Source: Cereibacter sphaeroides 2.4.1 (GTDB lineage: Bacteria > Pseudomonadota > Alphaproteobacteria > Rhodobacterales > Rhodobacteraceae). Taken from it: a stretch of DNA of 32,000 nt. The notes under the pieces were generated by a model that saw only the letters and a program-made list of their open reading frames with translations, was not told where the DNA came from and did no database searches. The stretch is from assembly GCF_000012905.2 (NCBI RefSeq), contig NC_007493.2, positions 1,080,001-1,112,000 on the forward strand, written 5' to 3'. The position numbers and the translations under genes were made by a program. This document shows positions 31,490-32,000 of this stretch, in pieces; the stretch's first letter is position 1, and each line of letters starts with the position of its first letter.

Positions 31490-31516
31490 ATCCCTCGGGA
31501 GCTTTCGGAGGCATTC

Positions 31517-32000
31517 ATGATGTTGATCGAGCAGACGGCCGTGCCAGACAGCGCGCTGCCGATGGCCCGGTTCAGGGAGCATCTGCGGCTCGGGTCGGGC
31601 TTTACCGAAGAGGGGCTGCAGGAGGCGCTGCTCGCGGCGTTCCTCCGGGCGGCCATCACCACCATCGAGGGCCGGACGGGCAAGGTGCTGCTGTCGCGGC
31701 GCTATCTGCTGATGCTGGAGGAATGGCGGACAGACGAGGCGCAAGCGCTGCCGATCGCGCCGGTGGGCGAGATCCTGTCGGTGACGCTCGTCGATGCGGC
31801 GGGGCGGACTTTTCCCCTTGTGCCGACGCTCTGGCGGCTGGTGCGGGATCAGCATCGCCCGAAACTGGTGCCGCGCGGGTCGGTCCTGCCGGCGGCGCCG
31901 GAGGACGGGCGGATCGAGATCCTGTTCGAGGCGGGCTTCGGAGCCGACTGGTCCGTCGTGCCGGCCGATCTGGCGCAGGCCGTGATGCTGCTGGCGGCCG
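31517..32000 (+). CDS. gp6-like head-tail adaptor/connector (GTA g6-like), N-terminal 161 codons (3' end outside window)
   Basis: Absent from the ORF track because no stop occurs before the window end. I translated it by hand: MMLIEQTAVPDSALPMARFREHLRLGSGFTEEGLQEALLAAFLRAAITTIEGRTGKVLLSRRY... There is no stop through 32000. GGAGG lies 5 nt upstream of the ATG. The pattern is typical of phage gp6-like connectors. Confidence 0.8.
   Translation, partial: MMLIEQTAVPDSALPMARFREHLRLGSGFTEEGLQEALLAAFLRAAITTIEGRTGKVLLSRRYLLMLEEWRTDEAQALPIAPVGEILSVTLVDAAGRTFPLVPTLWRLVRDQHRPKLVPRGSVLPAAPEDGRIEILFEAGFGADWSVVPADLAQAVMLLAA

Larger units (their letters stand above)
26501..32000 (+). mobile_element. RcGTA-like gene transfer agent structural cluster, head/packaging module (continues beyond window)
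   Basis: The gene order matches RcGTA g1-g6: small terminase, large terminase, portal, small ORF, prohead protease, HK97 capsid, adaptor. The cluster starts directly after the housekeeping gene mltG, with no integrase, repressor or att-like repeat upstream. Confidence 0.85.

Noticed and set aside
26501-32000. Interpretation as an ordinary integrated prophage
   Set aside because: There is no integrase, repressor, tRNA or att-like repeat at the left boundary. The cluster starts directly after mltG with the RcGTA gene order. The right end is not visible, so this rejection is provisional.

Overview
Very GC-rich chromosomal window (high 60s % by eye, not computed). Gene content and order look alphaproteobacterial, Rhodobacteraceae-like (Rhodobacter/Cereibacter type). 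Coding density is high and every gene looks intact. There are four blocks. (1) 1-14476 (+): a seven-gene alpha-glucan/trehalose operon, glgE(partial)-treS/pep2-glgB-glgX-treZ-malQ-treY, in which all six junctions are 4-nt ATGA stop/start overlaps. (2) 14535-21989 (-): housekeeping genes SDR, purF, cvpA, radA, a half-size PqiA/LetA-like membrane protein, MlaF- and MlaE-like ABC components, and alr. (3) 22218-26304 (+): fabG-acpP-fabF-mltG, with an unusually long (~0.5 kb) non-coding, structured acpP-fabF spacer. (4) 26305-32000 (+): the 5' head module of an RcGTA-like gene transfer agent cluster: g1 small terminase, g2 large terminase, g3 portal, g3.5, g4 prohead protease, g5 major capsid, and g6 adaptor. 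g6 runs off the window end, so it is missing from the ORF track. I found no tRNA/rRNA, CRISPR array, IS element, integrase or recognisable defence system. I see no clearly new multi-gene system. The best candidates for follow-up are the terminator-like hairpin and CtrA-like box in the GTA leader, the MlaFE + PqiA-like module that lacks an MCE partner, and the structured acpP-fabF spacer. The many long antisense and out-of-frame ORFs in the track are treated as high-GC artefacts.
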